Below, piece by piece: positions 48,373 to 61,503 of a stretch of DNA of 64,000 bases (position 1 is its first letter; every line of letters begins with the position of its first letter). The notes beneath the pieces were generated by a model. The model was not told the origin of the DNA. It saw only the letters and a list, made by a program, of their open reading frames with translations, and searched no databases. The DNA is from Mobula hypostoma. Lineage: Eukaryota. A program made the translations under genes and the position numbers. The DNA lies in the NCBI RefSeq assembly GCF_963921235.1, contig NC_086097.1, positions 6,634,001 to 6,698,000 of the forward strand, read 5' to 3'.

Positions 48373-49812
48373 ATACTTTATTGGAGGTTTATTGTTTTAG
48401 CAAATGCCCAGATACAGATAGAAACATATGTATACAACCATTATACATCAGACATATTGAAAATGCTTTAAACTGATTTTTTAAATGTTTCTCAACACAT
48501 GTCAGACCATATTTTAGACCATAAGACCATAAGACATAGGAGCAGAATTAGGCCATTCAGCCCATTGAGTCTGTGCCACCATTCCATCAGGGCTGATCCT
48601 GGATCTCACTCAGCCCCATACACCTGCCTTCTCACCATATCCTTTGATACCCTGACCGATCAGGAAACTATCAACTTCCGTTTTAAATAAACCCACATAC
48701 TTGGCTTCCACCGCAGTCTATAGCAGAGTATTCCACAGATTCACTACTCCTTGTCTAAAAATATTCTGCCGTACCTCTGTCTAAAAGGTTGCACTTCATT
48801 TTGAGGCTGTGCCATTTTGTTCTAGGTAACCCACCATAGGGTCTATCCTTTCCACATCCACCCTATCTAGTCCTTTCAACATTTGGTAGGTTTCAATGCA
48901 ATCCCCCACATTTTTTTAAAATTTCAGTGTGTACAGGCCCAAAACTGCCAGATGCTCCTCATATGTTAACCCCTTCATTACTAGAATCATCTTTGTGAAT
49001 CTCCTCTGGACTCTCTCCAATGACAACACATCCTTTCTGAGACATGGGGCCCAAAACCGTTGACAATACTCCAAGTGCAGCCTGATTGGTGTCATATTAT
49101 CTCCTTGCTTTTATATTCTATTCCCCTTGAAATAAAGGCCAACATTGCATTTGCCTTCTTTACCACAGACTCAACCTGTAAATGAACCTTCTGGGAATCT
49201 TGCACATGGACTCCTAAGTCCTCTGCACTACTGATGTTTGAATTTTCACCCCAATTAGATAATAGTCCATTGTTCCATTTGCCATTTTTTCCCCATTCTT
49301 CCAATTTGTCTAAGTCCTGCTGCAATCGCATTGCTTCCTCAGCACTACCTACCCCTCCACCTATCTTTGTATCATCTACAAACTTTGTCACAAAGCCATC
49401 AATTCCATTATCTATATCATTGACAAACAATGTGAAAAGTAGTGATCCCAACACTGACCACATAGGAATGACAATAGTCACTGGCAGCCAACCAGAAAAA
49501 GCCCCTTTTATTCCCAGTCACTGCCTCCTGCCTGTCAGCCATTCCTTTATCCATGCTAGTATCTCTCCTGTTATGCCATAGGCTTTTATCTTGTTAAGCA
49601 TCCTCATGTGTGGCATCTTATCAAATGCCTTTTGAAAATCCATGTAAATGACATCCACTGTATCTCCTTTGTCCACCCTGCTTGTTACTTCCTTGATGAA
49701 CTCTACAAGATTAGTCAGATGAGATCTCCCTTTGCAGAAACCATGCTGATTTTGACATATTTTATCATTAGTCTCCAAATACCCTGAAACTTCATCCTTA
49801 ATAATAGATCCA

Positions 49813-50895
49813 AGAGACAGGAAGCAAAGAGTGGGAATAAACGGGACCTTTTCAGAATGGCAGGCGGTGACTAGTGGGGTACCGCAAGGCTCAGTGCTGG
49901 GACCCCAGTTGTTTACAATATATATTAATGACTTGGATGAGGGAATTAAATGCAGCATCTCCAAGTTTGCGGATGACACGAAGCTGGGTGGCAGTGTTAG
50001 CAGTGAGGAGGATGCTAAGAGGATGCAGGGTGACTTGGATAGGTTGGGTGAGTGGGCAAACTCATGGCAGATGCAATTTAATGTGGATAAATGTGAAGTT
50101 ATCCACTTTGGTGGCAAAAATAGGAAAACAGATTATTATCTGAATGGTGGCCGATTAGGAAAAGGGGAGGTGCAACGAGACCTGGGTGTCATTATACACC
50201 AGTCATTGAAAGTGGGCATGCAGGTACAGCAGGCGGTGAAAAAGGCGAACAGTATGCTGGCATTTATAGCGAGAGGATTCGAGTACAGGAGCAGGGAGGT
50301 ACTACTGCAGTTGTACAAGGCCTTGGTGAGACCACACCTGGAGTATTGTGTGCAGTTTTGGTCCCCTAATCTGAGGAAAGACATCCTTGCCATAGAGGGA
50401 GTACAAAGAAGGTTCACCAGATTGATTCCTGGGATGGCAGGTCTTTCATATGAAGAAAGACTGGATGAACTGGGCTTGTACTCGTTGGAATTTAGAAGAT
50501 TGAGGGGGGATCTGATTGAAACGTATAAGATCCTAAAGGGATTGGACAGGCTAGATGCGGGAAGATTGTTCCCGATGTTGGGGAGGTCTAGAACGAGGGG
50601 TCACAGTTTGAGGATAGAGGGGAAGCCTTTTAGGACCGAGGTTAGGAAAAACTTCTTCACACAGAGAGTGGTGAATCTGTGGAATTCTCTGCCACAGCAA
50701 ACTGTTGAGGCCAGTTCATTAGCTATGTTTAAAAGGAAGTTAGATATGGCCCTTGTGGCTACAGGGGTCAGGGGGTATGGAGGGAAGGCTGGGTTCTGAG
50801 TTGGATGATCAGCCATGATCATAATAAATGGCGGTGCAGGCTCGAAGGGCCGAATGGCCTACTCCTGCACCTATTTTCTATGTTTCTATGTTTCT
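49813..50895 (+). mobile_element. Young CR1 3' fragment with uninterrupted RT C-terminal ORF (49831-50799)
   Basis: SGVPQGSVLGP, KFADDTKL, LYKALVRPHLEYC; (TTTCTATG)n tail. Confidence 0.93.
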
Positions 50896-53351
50896 ATAAT
50901 TTCCTTTCTTTTGCCTTCCTCCCTTCTTAAAGAGTGGAGTGACATTTGTAATCTTCCAGTCCTCCGGGACCATGCCAGAATCAAGTGATACTTGAAAAAT
51001 CATAACGAATGCACCCATTATCTCTTCAACAACCTCTCTCAACACTTTGAGATATAGTCCATCTGGTCCAAGTGACTTATCCACCTTAAGACCTTTGAGT
51101 TTGCCTAACACTTTTTCCTTTGTAATAGCAAAGACACCCAGTTCTGCTCCCTGACACTCATGGACCTCTGGTACACTGCTAGTGTCTTTCACAAAGAAGA
51201 TAGATGCAAAATACTCATTAAATTCATCTGCCATTTCTTTGTTCCCCCATTACAACCTCACCAGCATCATTTTCCAGTGGTCCAATATGAACTCTCATCT
51301 CCCTTTTACTCATTATATAATTGACAAAAACTTTAAATATCTTATTTGCTAGTTTGCCCTCATATTTCATCTTTTCCCTTCTTATAGCTTTTTTTAGTTG
51401 CCTTTTGTTGGATTTTTAGAGCTTCCCAATCAACCCACTTCCCACTGACCTTTGCTACCTTATACGCTCTTTCCTTGGATTTTATGCAGTCCTTAATTTC
51501 TCTTGTCAGCCATGGTTGCCTTCCCCTGCCATTTGAGAACATCTTCTGAAGGATATATTATCCTGCACCTTGTGAACTATTCCCAGAAACTTCAGCCATT
51601 TCTGCTGTGCCATCATCCCTGCTAGTATCCTCCTCCAATCCACTTGGGCAAGCTCCTCTCTCATGCCTCTGTAATTCCCTTTATTCCATTGTGATACTGA
51701 TACATGTGAGTTATGCTTCTCCCTCTCAAATTGCAGCATGAATTCATTCATATTATGATCACTGCCTCTTAAGGTTTCCTTTATATGAAGCTCCCTCATA
51801 ATATCTGGGCTATTACACAACACTCAATCTAAGATAGTCTTTCCCAGTGTAGGCTCAAGCACAAGCTGCTCAAAAAAGCCATCTCGTAGGCATTCAACAA
51901 TTCCCTCTCTTGGTATCCAGCACCAACCTGATTTTCCCAATCCCCTTGCATATTGAAGTCCACCATTATAATTGTGACATTACCCTTATTACATGCCTTT
52001 TCCAGCTCCCTTTGCAATCTCAATCCCACATCTTGGTTACTATTTGGAGGCCTATATATGATTCCCATAATGATTTTTTTTTACACTTGCAGTTTCTTAA
52101 CTCCACCCACAAAGATTCAGCATTCTCTGACCCTCTGTCACCTCTTTCTAAAGATGTAATTCTATCTCATACCAACAGAGCCACACTACCTGCCTGTCCT
52201 TTCATACAAATTATTTCCTTTGAAGTTAAACTCCCAACAATGGCCTTCTTTCAACCATGACAGTGTGATGTTCACAACATCATACCAACCTATCTCTTAA
52301 TTGTGCCACAAGTTCATCTTATTCCAGATGCTACGCACATTTAAATACACTACCTTCTGTCCTGCATTCTTTACGCTTTTTAATTTTGCCTCTGTTGTAT
52401 AATTTAACTCTTTGTTCTACCTGCATTTGTACCCAATCATTGGCTTGTTCTTCCTTACCTTTATGTGATATCCATTATATATTTGTAAACCTGCTGGCTC
52501 ATCCTCAGCTCTATCATCCTGGTTCCCATTCCCCTGCCGTGTTAGTTTAAACCACTCCCAACAGATCTAGTAAACCTGTCCACATGAATGGTGGTCCCCC
52601 TCGGATTCAAGTGCAACCCATCCCTTTTGAACGGGAAGAGGTCCCAATTATCCAGAAATCTGAATCCCTGCTCCTGCTTCAATTCTTCAGACATGCATTT
52701 ATCTGCCATCTCATTCTATTCCTATCCTCAATGTCGCGAAGCACAGGGAGCAATCCCGAGATGACTTCTTCTGAGGACCTGCTTCTCAGCCTGTCTCCTA
52801 GCTCCATGGAGTCAGTCTTCAGGACCTCCTTCCATTTTCTACATTGTCATTAGTACCAATATGAACCACAAATTCGGGCTGCCATCCTTTTCAGGTTATA
52901 TGTGGACGCCTTCAGAAACATGGCATACCCTGGCTCTTGGGAGGCAAACTACTATCCATGTTTCCTCTTCTCCTCCACAGAATCATCTATCTGTCCCCCT
53001 AACTGTAGAGTCCCCTCTTAATGCTGCCATACTCTTCAGTTCCCTACCTTTCTGAGCTACAGGGCCAGACTCAATGCCAGAGGCATAGCCTCTGTTGTTT
53101 CCCCCAAGATGGTTACAGTACCCCCAATAGTACTCAAGATGGAGTATTTATTGTTGAAAGGGATGGCATGGGGTGTTCTCCTCTACCTGACATTCTTCCT
53201 TCCCTCTCCCGACAGTCTCCCATTTAACTGTTTCCTGTAACCTTGGGGTGACTATCTCCCTGTAGCTCCTGTCTGTCACCTTGTCACTTTCCCTAACAAG
53301 TCAAAGACCATCAAGCTGCAGCTCCAGTTCCTTAACACAGTCTCTAAGGAT

Positions 53352-54465
53352 ATGAATGGACTTTATTTCTTACATCCTTGACATACATGAGGAATAAAAT
53401 TCTTTATGTTACATCTCCATATAATACACAATGTGCAACTTATAGTGTCTTGTAATAAATAGTATGTACAAAAGGACATAGCATAGACATACAACCATAT
53501 CAGTGTGAATTAATCAGTCTGATGGCCTGGTGGAAGAAGCTGTCCCAGAGGCTGTTGGTTCTAGCTTATATGCTGTGGTACCGTTTCCTGGATGGTAGCA
53601 GCTAGAACAGTTTGTGGTTGGGGTGACTTGGGTCCCCAGTGATCCTTCAGGTTGTTTTTACATACCTGGCTCTGTAAATGTCCTGACTAGTGTGAAGTTC
53701 ACATCTACGCATGCAGTGGTCTGTCTGCACCACTCACTGCAGAGTCCTGTGGTTGAGGGGAAGTACAGTTCCCAGACCAGGCGGTGATACAGCCAGTTAG
53801 GATGATCTCAATTGTGCCCCTGTAGAAAGTCCTTATGATCTGGGGACTCATGCCAAACCTCTTCAACCATCTGAGGTGAAAGAGGCGCTGTTGTGTTTTT
53901 TTTTCACCGCACAGCCAATACGAACAGTCTACGTGAGGTCCTCGGTGATGTGTATGCTGAGGAATTTAAAGCCGTTCACCCTCTGAACCCCAGATCCATT
54001 GATGTCAATAGGGGTTAGCCTGTCTCCATCCCTCCTGTAGTTCACAACTAGCTCCTTTGTTTTTTGTGACATTGAGGGAGAGGTTGGTTTCTTGATACCA
54101 CTGTGTCAGAGTGATGACTTCTTCTTTGTAGCTGCCTCATTATTATTATTAGAGATTAGGTCAATCAGCGTAGTTAAATTCAATTAGCAGATTGGAGCTG
54201 TGGTGGTGATACAGTCATGGTATAGGAGGGGGGCTTAGGTCACAGCCCTGAGGGGCACCTGTGTGGAAGACCAACATCTCTGAGCTTCTTGTCGAGCCTG
54301 AAAGGAGGAAATTATGGTGTTGAATGCTGAACAGTTGTCCAAGAACAGCATTCTCACATAACCATCCTTCTCCAGGTGAGTAAGGACAGCTGTGGCAATT
54401 GCATCATCTGTCAATTGGTTGTGTCAGTAGGCAAATTATAGGGGGTCCAGTGTGGGTGGTAGCAT
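53352..54465 (-). mobile_element. Rex/Babar-type LINE fragment inside CR1
   Basis: Reverse strand TGAPQGC-like and KEVITL..WYQE..LSLNV motifs plus tail. Confidence 0.7.
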
Positions 54466-55349
54466 GCTACATCTCGATGCACCTGCGCAGATGTGGTCAT
54501 CGAGGAGGCTGGTAGTCTCCCAGAAAGCCCACATCTGACACCCAGAACAGAACACTGGCTCTGTAGACATATCCTCCATTTTCTCAAGAATGAAATAGGC
54601 AAAAAGAAATAAGAAATAAGGAATGAACTTATCTACTTACCTTACCTATGTCTGTTCTCACCAAAGCCCTGTTGAGACAAAGCCTTATCACTCTGACTCG
54701 AACCACTCTGACGATGACCGCTCTGCTAAGTGGTACCCCTCTTTTATAGAGTCTGGGTTTTTAACCTTCTTTGCTGGACTTGTGCGGAAACTCTTCTACT
54801 GCATCTGCACCATAGTCCAATCAAAGGGTACTTTATTTTATTCTTTATTTTTTATTTTCTTGATTTTCCTTGATCTTGTGTCATTGAGCAATATTTTGTT
54901 TTGACCCAGAGTTGATTTAACATGGAAACAAATGCGACTGAAGGTTATACATATTACTATTCTCTGGAAGCAATTATTTTCCAACCCAAAATACAGCTTC
55001 TGTGGAAAAGCAACTTACAGAGGAGTGAGCAAAAGTGAAAGATAACAATAGCAAAACATAAAGATTTTTTTTCCTACACTATTTTGTTGTGCAGAACTAA
55101 TCTATTATACTGAAATGTATAGTCCTCTTGGCTACTGGAACTTCAAAGTGCTTAAACGTACGAACAGATGGAAAAGAAAATGCTATTTAGCTCCTCTGGC
55201 ACAATCTATTCCGGCTTTTGTACAAGGTTTAGTAAACTCTTTTTAATCTCTTTGCTTCAGGCTAAGCCTGAATCCTTTTGCTCTTTGTTGAGTTAGGAAG
55301 TGTGCCTATTTGTTTTTGAATTCCTTAGCAAGGTTTGTTCTCTATTTTA

Positions 55350-55630
55350 TTCTTTATTTTATTTAGAGATACAGAGTGGAATAACGAGCCACACTGCCCA
55401 GCAACCTACCAGTTTAACCCTAACCTAATTACAGGACAATTTACAATTTACAATTAATCTACTAACCCGTACGTCTTAAGACTGTGGGACAAATCCGGAG
55501 CACCCAGAGGAGACCCATGCTGTTATGGAGAAACATACAAACTCCTTTCAGCGGACACTGGAATTGAACTCCAAAGCGTTTTGTCTCAAGTTGTAATAGC
55601 GTCATGCTGACCACTAAGCTACCGTGGCCT
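55350..55630 (-). mobile_element. V-SINE/HE1-like SINE
   Basis: tRNA-like head with GGAGTTCAATTCC and central domain on the reverse strand. Confidence 0.7.
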
Positions 55631-55879
55631 CCCATGAATCCATGCGCCTTGCACTGACTGTGAAATAACTGCTCACATGAAAAATTTCCAAAAAATTCCT
55701 AACTGTGTCTCAAAGACTTTCTTGGCAATAGGTGAAGCCAGGTGGGTAGGAAAGTTAAGACTGGACAGGAAGGAACCTGATAGGAGAGGAGAGTGTACCA
55801 TAGGAAAAAGGGAAGGAGGATGGGAATCAGGGGAATGTGATAGTACGTGCTTTCAGACTTTTTGAACTTTTACTCAATG

Positions 55880-56262
55880 AAAGAGAAGAGTGAACGTCCA
55901 GGGAGAGGGGAGAAGAAAGAATGCCCAGGGAGAGAGAAAATATCCAGAGAGATGGAGGGAAAGAAAGAAGATCCAGAGAGATGGAGGGAAAAAGAGAAGA
56001 TGCAGGGAGAGGGGGGAAGAAAGAATGCCCAGGGAGAGAGAGAAGATCCAGAGAGATGGAGGGAAAGAAAGAAGATGCAGGGAGAGGGGGGAAGAAAGAA
56101 GATCCAGGAGAGGGGAGAAGAAAGAAGATCTAGGGAGAGGGGGGACAATAAAAGGTCTGGGAAGAGGGGAGAGACAGAATATCCAGGGAGAGGGGTGGGG
56201 AAGAACATCTAGTGAGAGGGGAGAGAGAAAATGTCTGGGGAGAGGGGGAAGGGAGAATATCC
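55880..56262 (+). repeat. Polypurine minisatellite (about 25-nt units with a longer higher-order duplication)
   Basis: Repeated CCAGGGAGAGGGG(G)AAGAAAGAA and GATCCAGAGAGATGGAGGGAAA units. Confidence 0.85.
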
Positions 56263-57030
56263 AGCATTTGAGGCTGGTGCTTTATTGAGACGGTTTCATG
56301 GAGAACACAAGATCACAATGACAGCTTAGATTCAGCAGATGCTGGAAATCCAGAGTAACACACCCACAAAATGCTGGAGGAGCTCAGCTGGTCGGTCCTG
56401 AAACATTGACTCTTAATTCGCTTCCATAGATTCCGCGGAGTTCCTCCCATATTTTTGTGTGTGCTGCAAGATGATAACTATTACTTTTCTCTCTTATTTC
56501 AGTCTTATTGCTGTCAAGTGGCCCAGAGCAAATATCCATAAAAATGCTTGGAAAAGCCTCTGAAAGCTTTAAAATAATTATCCTTCATCACTCAGTTGCC
56601 AATTGCAATCCGAATCTTTTCCGTTGCTACTTGTCGTGTGCACTTTCACTCAAGAAGTCCTGATGGAAGTTTGTTAACATGATATGTTGAATCTCTCTTT
56701 GCCCAAATCTTTCTGACATTTTTTTGCCCATAGACTGGAATTTCCTGGGTAAGGCTTGTCGCTAAGGATCATTAAATCTAATTTTTACCATTGGAAAGAA
56801 AGTTCCTGAACGATGTGAGTACCAAACTGATCAGTGCAGAGCAATCCAATTATAGAACCCACGGAAATGCTTTTAACAGCTGAGATTTAACAGTCCAGCT
56901 GGTAGCGCCACTGCCTCATAGTTTGAATGATCCAAGTTCAATCTTCCTGAGTTGTCTCGGTGGTGTTTGCACATTGTCCCAGCCACTGTGTGAGTTTCTT
57001 CTTTGTAGAGTAATAGAATTGTACAGCACA

Positions 57031-58506
57031 GAAGCACATGTAAATGTCTTCTTTTTTTTTTCTAGACCTCGTTCCACAATCATTCGCAAATTGAAAATCC
57101 CTTCACACGTACCCTTACCCGGTATAAATCCACTCTGGCACTCATTAATTTCATTAAGAACTGTCCTTTTTATTCTGCTTAGAAGTATTAATAACAAGAT
57201 CTTGGAAGCATGACTTATAAGACTTATAGTTCTAAAGTCTGAGCATTTTGTGCTCTTACTTTTCTTTGGGATCATGACAAACTCTGACACCACAAAATCT
57301 GTTGGCCACTTTCCTATTGAGTAGATTGTATTGCAAAGCCTCGTGATCACCTCAACCTCCGAGTCGCCAAGGCATTTCAATATTTCGGCTGTAATACCAT
57401 GTAACTACATGTGCTTCCTGGATTACGAAAAAGCTTTTGACCGAGTCAATCATGATCAGCTGGTCAATTGCCTAAACACATTGGGGCTGGATGGGAAAGA
57501 TGTTCGATTGATTGCGAGTCTGTACTGGCATCAGAAGGCAGTAATAAGAATTAGTGGTGGGAATTCACCGGAAGTTGAGATCCAAAAAGGGGTTCGCCAG
57601 GGCTGCATTATCTCCCCTTTATTATCTAACATTTACTCAGAGATAATCTTCAGGGTGTCGAACGATGAAGCTGGTGTCCAAATTGGTGGAGTGACAGTGA
57701 ACCACTTGAGGTATGCAGATGATTCAGTGTTGTTAGCCGAGACTGAGGACGAGTTACTCAGAATAAGTAGATAAGTTAAATGCTGAAGGAGAACGATTTG
57801 GAATGAAAATAAATGCTGCAAAGATGAAGATGATGGTCATATCACAGAAGAAAGAAGTCCCCAAAATCAGTATCAAAATTAACAGTATAGGCATAGAGCA
57901 AGTCAAGAAGTTTGTGTACTTGGGACCTTGGGACAGATGGTCACAGAGGATGGGAAATGTGATACAGAAATTACACGAAGTATTAAGATTGCAAGATCAA
58001 CGTTCTGGAGCCTGAGTGACATGCTGTGTGGCCTTGGTTGGACTTTGGGCTGCGTTGTAGAATTTGGAAATGCTATGACTGGAACAGTCTGTTGTATGGA
58101 GTCGAACCGTGGACCTTATGCAAGGAAGTGCAACGACGACTGGAGGCATTTGAAATGTGGTGTTTAAGGAGAATGCAGAAAATTAGATGGGTGATGAAGG
58201 TCAGTAATATGGAGGTGTTGAAGGGAGCGAGGAGAGAAAAGGAGTTGCTGAGGAATGTGCAGAAAAGGAAGCTGGAATATGCCGGGCACTTGTTAAGAGG
58301 TGATGGGCTGCAGAAATTGTTATTGGAAGGGATGGTAGAAGGAAAGAGGGAAAGAGAAAGGCAGTAAACCACTTGGTACGATAATGTGAGGCAACGGACT
58401 GGGTTGAGTTATGCTGAGGCCAGAAAAAGTGCACAAGATTGAAGAAGATGGAGGTGCATAGCCGCCAACCACGGATTGGGGACCGCACCCTCTGACCGAC
58501 TGACTG
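57031..58506 (+). mobile_element. RTE-clade LINE with inverted 5' segment (57031-57400 minus; 57406-58506 plus)
   Basis: DFRTISLISHASKIL..QSGF on minus; YMCFLDYEKAFD, GVRQGC, LRYADD, LEAFEMWC on plus; (CTGA)n tail; TSD ACAGC(A/G)CAGAA at 57023-57033 and 58507-58517. Confidence 0.9.
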
Positions 58507-58599
58507 ACAGCGCAGAAATGGACCCTTCAAACCATACACAGGGTCAGTCATGTTTATCATCACCAACAAACAGCACGGTGCAAAAGTCTTAGGCACGTA

Positions 58600-58812
58600 C
58601 AGCATACGTACAATTCCAATATGTCCATCCATGGCCTCCTCTACTGTTGGGATAACGCCACACTCAGGTTGGAGGAACAACCCCTTATACTCCGTTTGGG
58701 TAGCCTCCAACCTGGTGGCATGAATATCATCGATTTCTCAAACTTCCAGTATTGCCACCCCCCCACTTCACCATTTTCCATCCGCTTTTCCCTCTCTCAT
58801 ATTATCTCCTTC
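58600..58812 (+). mobile_element. Penelope GIY-YIG C-terminal fragment
   Basis: MSIHGLLYC..ATLRLEEQPLILRLGSLQPGGMNI. Confidence 0.8.
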
Positions 58813-59384
58813 AACAGGCCATCAGATTTATCAATACACATTGATCTGATTGCATATCTGACTGTACATACATGTATACAAAACAATTATATATACACTC
58901 TCAGTGTTTGGGTAATACCTTAACACATTTCTCCTCTTTATTGCTTATACATTGCGACAAAGATGCAATATGAAGATTTTTCCTCCCTTGAATGTAAGAA
59001 ATAAAATAAATACAAATAAATACAAAACAATTACATCTTATGGACTTTTGTTCTTATTACCTTGTTATTTCATGTTCGTTATTTATTGCTATTTATTTAT
59101 ATCTGTATTTGCACAGTTTGTTATCCATTGATCCTGTTTACAGTTACTATTCTATAGATTTCCAAATATACCCGCAGGAAAGAGAATCTCAGGGTTGTAT
59201 GTGATGACGTATGAAATCTGATGGCAGAGGAGAAGAAACTGTTCCTGAAAAATTGAAGTTTCTCTACCTCTTCCCTGAAGGCAATGGTTTATATAAAATA
59301 TATACTCCTGTGATATAAAGCACAATGTCACATTGCATTAAATTACTGAAATTGTTACTAGAGCATATAGATTTTTATCAAATA

Positions 59385-59665
59385 CTGCTATCACAACACT
59401 ACACACCTCGGGGTGTTGGAGTTCAAAGTTCAATTGCAGTGTCCTCTGTAAGCAAGTTTGTACATTCTCTCCTGTAAGTCTGTGGGTTTCCTCCAGGTGT
59501 TCTGGCTTCCTCTCACAATCCAAAGATGTATCAGTTAATGGGTTAATTGGTCATTGCAAATTATCCTATTATTAGGCTGGGGTTAATTCATGGGTTGCTG
59601 GGTGGTGTGACTCTGGTTTGGAAGGACCTGCTCCATGTTGTATCTCTAAGCAAAACTTTTTAAAA
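59385..59665 (+). mobile_element. V-SINE/HE1-like SINE
   Basis: Central domain GGTTAATTGGTCATTGCAAATT and tail. Confidence 0.68.
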
Positions 59666-59909
59666 ATAATAAATCCCTTTTCCCTTACCATATGTTCTGT
59701 AGTTTTATCTTCCTTTGAAATGGGGAACATATTCCTGCAGTCTATCCCTCAGAATTTTATATATCTCAGTATGTTTCCTCTTAATCTCATCTGCTCCAGG
59801 AAAAATAGATCCAGTTTCACCAGTCTCTCCTCATAGCTGAGCTGCCCCATCCCAAGCAACATGCTGCTGAATTTGATGTTGCAGTGTTCTCCAAGCTTGG
59901 CAGATATTT

Positions 59910-60060
59910 CCTCACCAGTGGAGGTGACAACCTCAGTGCGCAGTTGTTGCCGTTTCTGTCTGGGAGTGCTCACATTTATATGGACCCACCCCACCACGGT
60001 TCACTTCCCTAGATCCTGATTGGCTACCCCTTCAGTTGACCTTTGAATTTTATTGGCTCA
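59910..60060 (-). promoter_or_regulatory. Candidate Pol II promoter and short first exon
   Basis: On the minus strand: CCAAT at 60056-60052 and 60023-60019, GGGGTGGG box at about 59985-59995, TATAAAT at 59980-59974, donor CTG|GTGAGG after 59916. Confidence 0.45.
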
Positions 60061-61503
60061 CATTTCCTTGGCTTTTAAAGGTTCATAGATAGCATCTATA
60101 TTTTGATAGGTTTCCTTACGGGGTTTTCAGAAGAAAATCACACTGCCAATAATTCTAATGCTTCATGCATGTTGTCAATAGCTGGTGAGAGGTTGATAGT
60201 ACAATGCGCTGCATTAGGATATGCAAGGAGGAAACTGGCAAGCTTCAGATTCGGTGTAGTGTGTTCTGCTCACATTGCTCACGGTGCATTCTTTAGACCA
60301 TGTACAAACTTGTCCGATAAGCTATTTGTAGCAGGGCGTTACAGTGCAGGTGGAATATGTCTTATTTCAAAGTTCAAAGTAAAAGCAAAGTTCAAAGTAA
60401 AATTTATTATCAGAGTACCTACATGTCACCCTGCAGGCATACTTTTTCTGCGGGCAAATCTATAGAATAGTAACTGTAAACAGGATCTGTAAGCTGTAAA
60501 CAAACAGTGCAAATGCAGACTGTAAATAGATATCAATGAAATAACAAGATAAAAGAGTCCCTATCTCTGTTGTAATAGGGAGACTTCCGATATTGCATTA
60601 GGGAGTAAACGCCGACATCTGTAAATGTTTCAAGTATTTCCTTTTCCAAAGGTAAATGGGACAATCCATCAGCATTTCCATGATTATTTGTCCTCTTGAA
60701 TACAATCTTGTTCTGGGATCCTCCAAGAATCAGAGCCCATCTCTGCATTCACGCTGCTGCTGTTAGCGGAACAACTGTCTGTGGATTGAAAATGGACATT
60801 GGTGGTTGATGCTCAGCAATGATAGTAAACTCTCTTCCATAAAGGTGTTCATTGAAATGTATTACATCCCAAACCAGATTCAAGGCCTATTAATCCTTGC
60901 ATATTTTTTTCTCTGCAGTGGTAAGGAAATGTGGTATACAAACTATGCAGCTTTCACTTCCATCAGTCATAACATAGACACGACTGCACCTACAGTATAC
61001 CATAAGGTGAGGCATCACAGACAAGCTTCACTGGATGATGTGGATCATAATGTTTGAGTCTATTATATGATGTCACTATTTCCTTTGTGTTTTGGAAAGC
61101 TATCTCACACTGCTTCACCATTTGCCATTTCTTAATGGGATCAAGGAGTGGAGCATAGTAGCCAGGTTTGGCACAAACCTGTTATAGTCATTGACAAATT
61201 CTAAAAAGGACCAACATTGTAACACATCATTTAGCCTTGGGGCACCCACCACTGCTTGAATTTTCTCAGTACACTTGTGTAAATTTGTGCATGGATGGTT
61301 TGACCGCAGTAAGTGATGCTTGGTTTAAAGATTTCTCACTTGTTGCTTCATGCTCTGAGCCCATAATCTTCTAATGTTTTTAACACTTTCTTGAGAATTT
61401 GGGGATGTTTCTTGTCATCCAGATAACACTGATTGCTTGGGCAGCCTTGTAGCTCCTGGTCCATAGCTCTCTACCAGATTGCAGATGACATTCCAAAAAT
61501 AAG

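Larger units (their letters stand above)
48516..54740 (-). mobile_element. Near full-length decayed CR1 (ORF1 SGNH esterase, APE, RT) with two nested insertions
   Basis: RGDSTVRG and VVHIGTND; GIIYRPP, GSDHN; YMDFQKAFDK; KFVDDTK; TCTTATGG-type tail. Confidence 0.88.

Noticed and set aside
49518..50117. 199-aa chimeric ORF as a novel gene
   Set aside because: It is the antisense of the young CR1 read through into the older host CR1 RT frame.
55847..56288. Overlapping E/R/K/G-rich ORFs
   Set aside because: Stop-free by composition, because the region is a polypurine minisatellite.
60103..60465. 120-aa ORF next to the candidate promoter
   Set aside because: Non-ATG start, no recognisable domain, and the 3' part runs into a LINE tail.
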